The position numbers and the translations under genes are program-made. This document shows, in pieces, positions 57,725 to 60,427 of a DNA stretch of 60,427 bases. The stretch comes from a virus (lineage: Duplodnaviria; Caudoviricetes): IMG/VR virus record IMGVR_UViG_3300046171_000156, positions 1 through 60,427 of that record, one strand, 5' to 3'. Position 1 is the first letter of the stretch. Each line of letters opens with the position of its first letter. The notes below the pieces were generated by a model that was given only the letters and a program-made list of their open reading frames with translations, did not search any database and had not been told where the DNA came from.

Positions 57725-58281
57725 TAGAAGACGTTAGACTTTGGTCTAAGAACTTTTTAGAAGTGTCTAATGTACATTTAGGCGGTGTTCCTGCTTGTCC
57801 TTTTGCTAAAAAAGCATGGGCAGATGAAAAGGTTTGGGTGGCTGTAAAAACCAAACACAGTACTTATAAAAAAGAATTAAATTACTGTCTTAAAAATTTA
57901 GATTTTACTAAAAAAGAAATATTAATATTTTGCGATCCTTATTACAGTTATTCTCCTGATGAGTTGCATTATGCCACGGAAGAATACAATGAATGGTATA
58001 ACCAAAAAGACATGTATTTTATGAGTTTTCACCCTCTCAATCCAGCAACCGTAGACGAGCAAGAATTTTTAGTATCTCCTACTTATGAAGTAGAGAAAAT
58101 GCCTGATTATCCTGACTATAAATATTCTATGATGCTGGTACAAAAGTTCTCGCAATTACAGCAAGCTTCTGATAAATTAAAAAAACAAGGCTATTATAAG
58201 CTGTGGCCTAAAGGATATTATCGAGACGTCGTGGTATCTAGAGAAGAAAAATACAAAAAGATCGTAGGAGGTCTATCATGA
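57691..58281 (+). CDS. DUF1415-like hypothetical protein
   Basis: W...F...CPFAKKA...SFHP...MLVQ. Confidence 0.55.
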   Translation: MEKIQPTRQQIIEDVRLWSKNFLEVSNVHLGGVPACPFAKKAWADEKVWVAVKTKHSTYKKELNYCLKNLDFTKKEILIFCDPYYSYSPDELHYATEEYNEWYNQKDMYFMSFHPLNPATVDEQEFLVSPTYEVEKMPDYPDYKYSMMLVQKFSQLQQASDKLKKQGYYKLWPKGYYRDVVVSREEKYKKIVGGLS

Positions 58282-58676
58282 AGAAAAAAATGGCAAAAGG
58301 TGGAGTTGCTAAAATGATGGGCGGAGGTCCCGTTAAAAAAACCGCTAAAATGAGAGGCGGAGGAAAAGTAGTTCAAATGAATATGGGTGGCAGAACAGGT
58401 GACATGATGTATTCAAGAGGGTATGGAGTTGGTGAAAAAGGAAAGCGTATGCCTACTGAATTAATGACAGCTCAAGGAATGAAACGAGGTGGCTCTGCAA
58501 AGAAAAAAACAGCAAAGAAAAAAACTAAAAAACAAGGATACAAAGATCGTAAAGATGAGTCTATTGCTATGCGTATTAAAAAGAAAAGAACTAAAAAACA
58601 ATTAAAAGCAAGCAGAAACGAATCTTATGGTAAGTTTGGTAGTAAGGCTCGTAAAAAAGGCAAGATTAATAGATAA
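58278..58676 (+). CDS. Lys/Met/Gly-rich protein with five GG tags
   Basis: MAKGG, MMGGG, MRGGG, MNMGG, MKRGG; basic C-terminus. Confidence 0.65.
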   Translation: MKKKMAKGGVAKMMGGGPVKKTAKMRGGGKVVQMNMGGRTGDMMYSRGYGVGEKGKRMPTELMTAQGMKRGGSAKKKTAKKKTKKQGYKDRKDESIAMRIKKKRTKKQLKASRNESYGKFGSKARKKGKINR

Positions 58677-59374
58677 TGCCAACCTATGCTAGCACAGCAA
58701 ATTTTGACTTTTCTATAGATGAAATAGTTGAAGAGGCTTTTGAACGATGCGGTTTACAAGATCGTAGTGGCTACGATATAAAGACCGCGAGACGTTCTTT
58801 AAATCTTATGTTAGCTGAATGGGCTAATAGAGGATTAAACCTTTGGACAATTCAAAAACAAGAAAAAACGTTAGCGGCAAATACAACAGCCTTAACAGGT
58901 ACAAATTTATTTGGGTCTGGCGCAGATGATAGTCAACAAATTGTTGATATTACTGATGTTATTATCCGTGATTCAAGTAATAATGATTACTCTACATCAA
59001 GTATTAGTAGAGCTACTTATTGGAATTATACGGTTAAAACGACCAGCGGACGACCAAGTCAATACTATTTTGAACGTACGATAAACCCAACACTATATCT
59101 ATATCCTGCTGCAGACTCAGCATACACTCTAATATATTATGCTCTTGTTCGGATGAAGGATTCGGGCGATTACACGAATAATAATGAGATTCCTTTTCGT
59201 TTTCTTCCATGTTTAACCGCTGGATTAGCTTATTACATAGCTATGAAAAAAACTCCAGATAGAATTCAACTTTTAAAACAAGTTTATGAAGATGAGTTTC
59301 AACGAGCTGCTGATACTGATGGAGAAAGAACAAGTGTATTTCTTACCCCTAAAAATTATTTACCTGGAGTATAA
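58676..59374 (+). CDS. Head-tail adaptor protein
   Basis: IVEEAFERCG...ARRSLNLMLAEWANRGLNLW...GRPSQY...LYPA. Confidence 0.65.
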   Translation: MPTYASTANFDFSIDEIVEEAFERCGLQDRSGYDIKTARRSLNLMLAEWANRGLNLWTIQKQEKTLAANTTALTGTNLFGSGADDSQQIVDITDVIIRDSSNNDYSTSSISRATYWNYTVKTTSGRPSQYYFERTINPTLYLYPAADSAYTLIYYALVRMKDSGDYTNNNEIPFRFLPCLTAGLAYYIAMKKTPDRIQLLKQVYEDEFQRAADTDGERTSVFLTPKNYLPGV

Positions 59375-59788
59375 ATGACTAGATACGCATCTGGTAAATT
59401 TGCACAACGAATATCTGATCGTTCGGGAATGGCTTTTCCTTATAACGAAATGGTGCAAGAGTGGAATGGTTCATGGGTTCATGTTAGTGAGTTTGAACCA
59501 AAGCATCCTCAGTTGGAACCTTTACCTATAGTAACAGATCCTCAATCTTTACAACATGCTAAACCACAAAAGATTAGCGCAATTGTTCCTTTGACAACTA
59601 ATTTATATGGTAGAAATATATTTGGTGCAAAAAAACAAACTATATCTCAATTTAATCCCATACCCGCGCCAGGAGCTTATGAAACAGTTATTGTTAATAC
59701 AATGCAACCTATAGAGGGCAGTGATCAAGAGAATAAAGATATAGAAATTAAATCATTTTTAGGTACAATAACGGTGAGTATAACATGA
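59375..59788 (+). CDS. Conserved neck/tail-region protein
   Basis: YASGK.A..ISDRSG.AFPY...EPKHPQL. Confidence 0.6.
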   Translation: MTRYASGKFAQRISDRSGMAFPYNEMVQEWNGSWVHVSEFEPKHPQLEPLPIVTDPQSLQHAKPQKISAIVPLTTNLYGRNIFGAKKQTISQFNPIPAPGAYETVIVNTMQPIEGSDQENKDIEIKSFLGTITVSIT

Positions 59789-60427
59789 CAACTTATTCAG
59801 AATTACAAACACAAATTAGAGATTACACAGAGACATCTAGTGATGTTTTAACGGATGCTATTCTTAATGATTTTATTGAACATGCAGAAAAACGTATATT
59901 TAGAGATGTTGATTTAGATGTATATCGATCTTATCAATTTGCTAGCCTTACTCAAGGAAATTCTTTTGTTACATTACCCGGTGCTAATACAGGTCAATTA
60001 GCCTTTATTCGTTCGGCTCAAATATACCCATCATCAGGAACACCTACACGTACCTACTTGGAGCAAAAAGATATTTCATACATGAATGAATATTGGCCAG
60101 ATAGGACATCTCAAGCGCAACCAAAATACTATGCAATGTGGGATCAAGATACAATATATCTTGCGCCTACACCAAATTCGAATTATAACATTGAATTAGC
60201 TTTGAACAAACAAGAAACAGGTTTGTCTTCGTCTAATACGACCACTTGGGTGAGTACAAATGCTCCAAGAGTCTTATTATATGCTTGTCTTTCGAGGCAT
60301 TTAAGTTCTTAAAAGGACCAGATAATCTGTTACAATTTTATGAACAAGGCTATCAACAAGCACTACAAGGCTTGCAACTTGAACAACAAGGTAGAAGAAG
60401 AGCGGATGATACAGATGGTGTTATTCG
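59785..60427 (+). CDS. Tail tubular/adaptor protein (frameshifts near 60293 and 60405; continues at position 1)
   Basis: MTTYSELQTQIRDYTE...PKYYAMW...LAPTP...LLYACL/EAFKFLKGP...EQQGRRR. Confidence 0.65.

Larger units (their letters stand above)
1..60427. other. Complete (circularly permuted) dsDNA tailed phage genome, podovirus-like, probably infecting a marine alphaproteobacterium
   Basis: Full set of packaging, head, tail, lysis and replication genes and no host housekeeping genes; end and start join in frame. Confidence 0.9.

Noticed and set aside
2410-57854. Many antisense or out-of-frame ORFs in the track (e.g. 2410, 5204, 9294, 18430, 31886, 43438, 56316)
   Set aside because: They lie within longer well-supported genes, lack SD sites and reflect codon-bias shadows
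1-60427. tRNA genes, integrase/attP, alternative genetic code
   Set aside because: No cloverleaf or recombinase motifs seen by eye; long genes translate with the standard code and all three stops terminate genes. tRNAscan-SE would be needed for certainty

Overview
The window looks like one complete, circularly closed genome (about 60.4 kb, AT-rich) of a lytic marine podovirus-like dsDNA phage. The last ORF reads in frame across the end/start junction (...DGVIR|LDSKQP*). Gene content includes PolA (Leu762 type), SNF2 and UvrD helicases, AEP primase, TerS/TerL, portal, scaffold, major capsid protein, GroES, holin and GH24 lysozyme, and large internal-virion proteins. With the CTTGAC-N17-CTATAT promoters, this points to an alphaproteobacterial host. 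Resemblance to HTVC023P-type pelagiphages (SAR11) is my inference, not a database result. No integrase, RNA polymerase, ribonucleotide reductase, tRNA or CRISPR array was recognised. About a dozen single-base frameshifts look like read errors. Most notable unexplained structure: (1) a shared x-x-x-G-G-x-hydrophobic peptide tag, about 19 copies in 10 putative capsid-internal or basic proteins; (2) a duplicated 1+3+1 cassette of receptor-binding genes with a conserved nucleotide core; (3) a degenerate 77-87 bp phased repeat in front of three early promoters; (4) an operator TCTAAT-N3-ATGGGA in five promoters plus an unannotated ribbon-helix-helix gene; (5) tandem NrdR-like boxes before terL; (6) a 26-aa, 7-Cys metallothionein-like peptide; (7) a ~180-nt candidate structured RNA.
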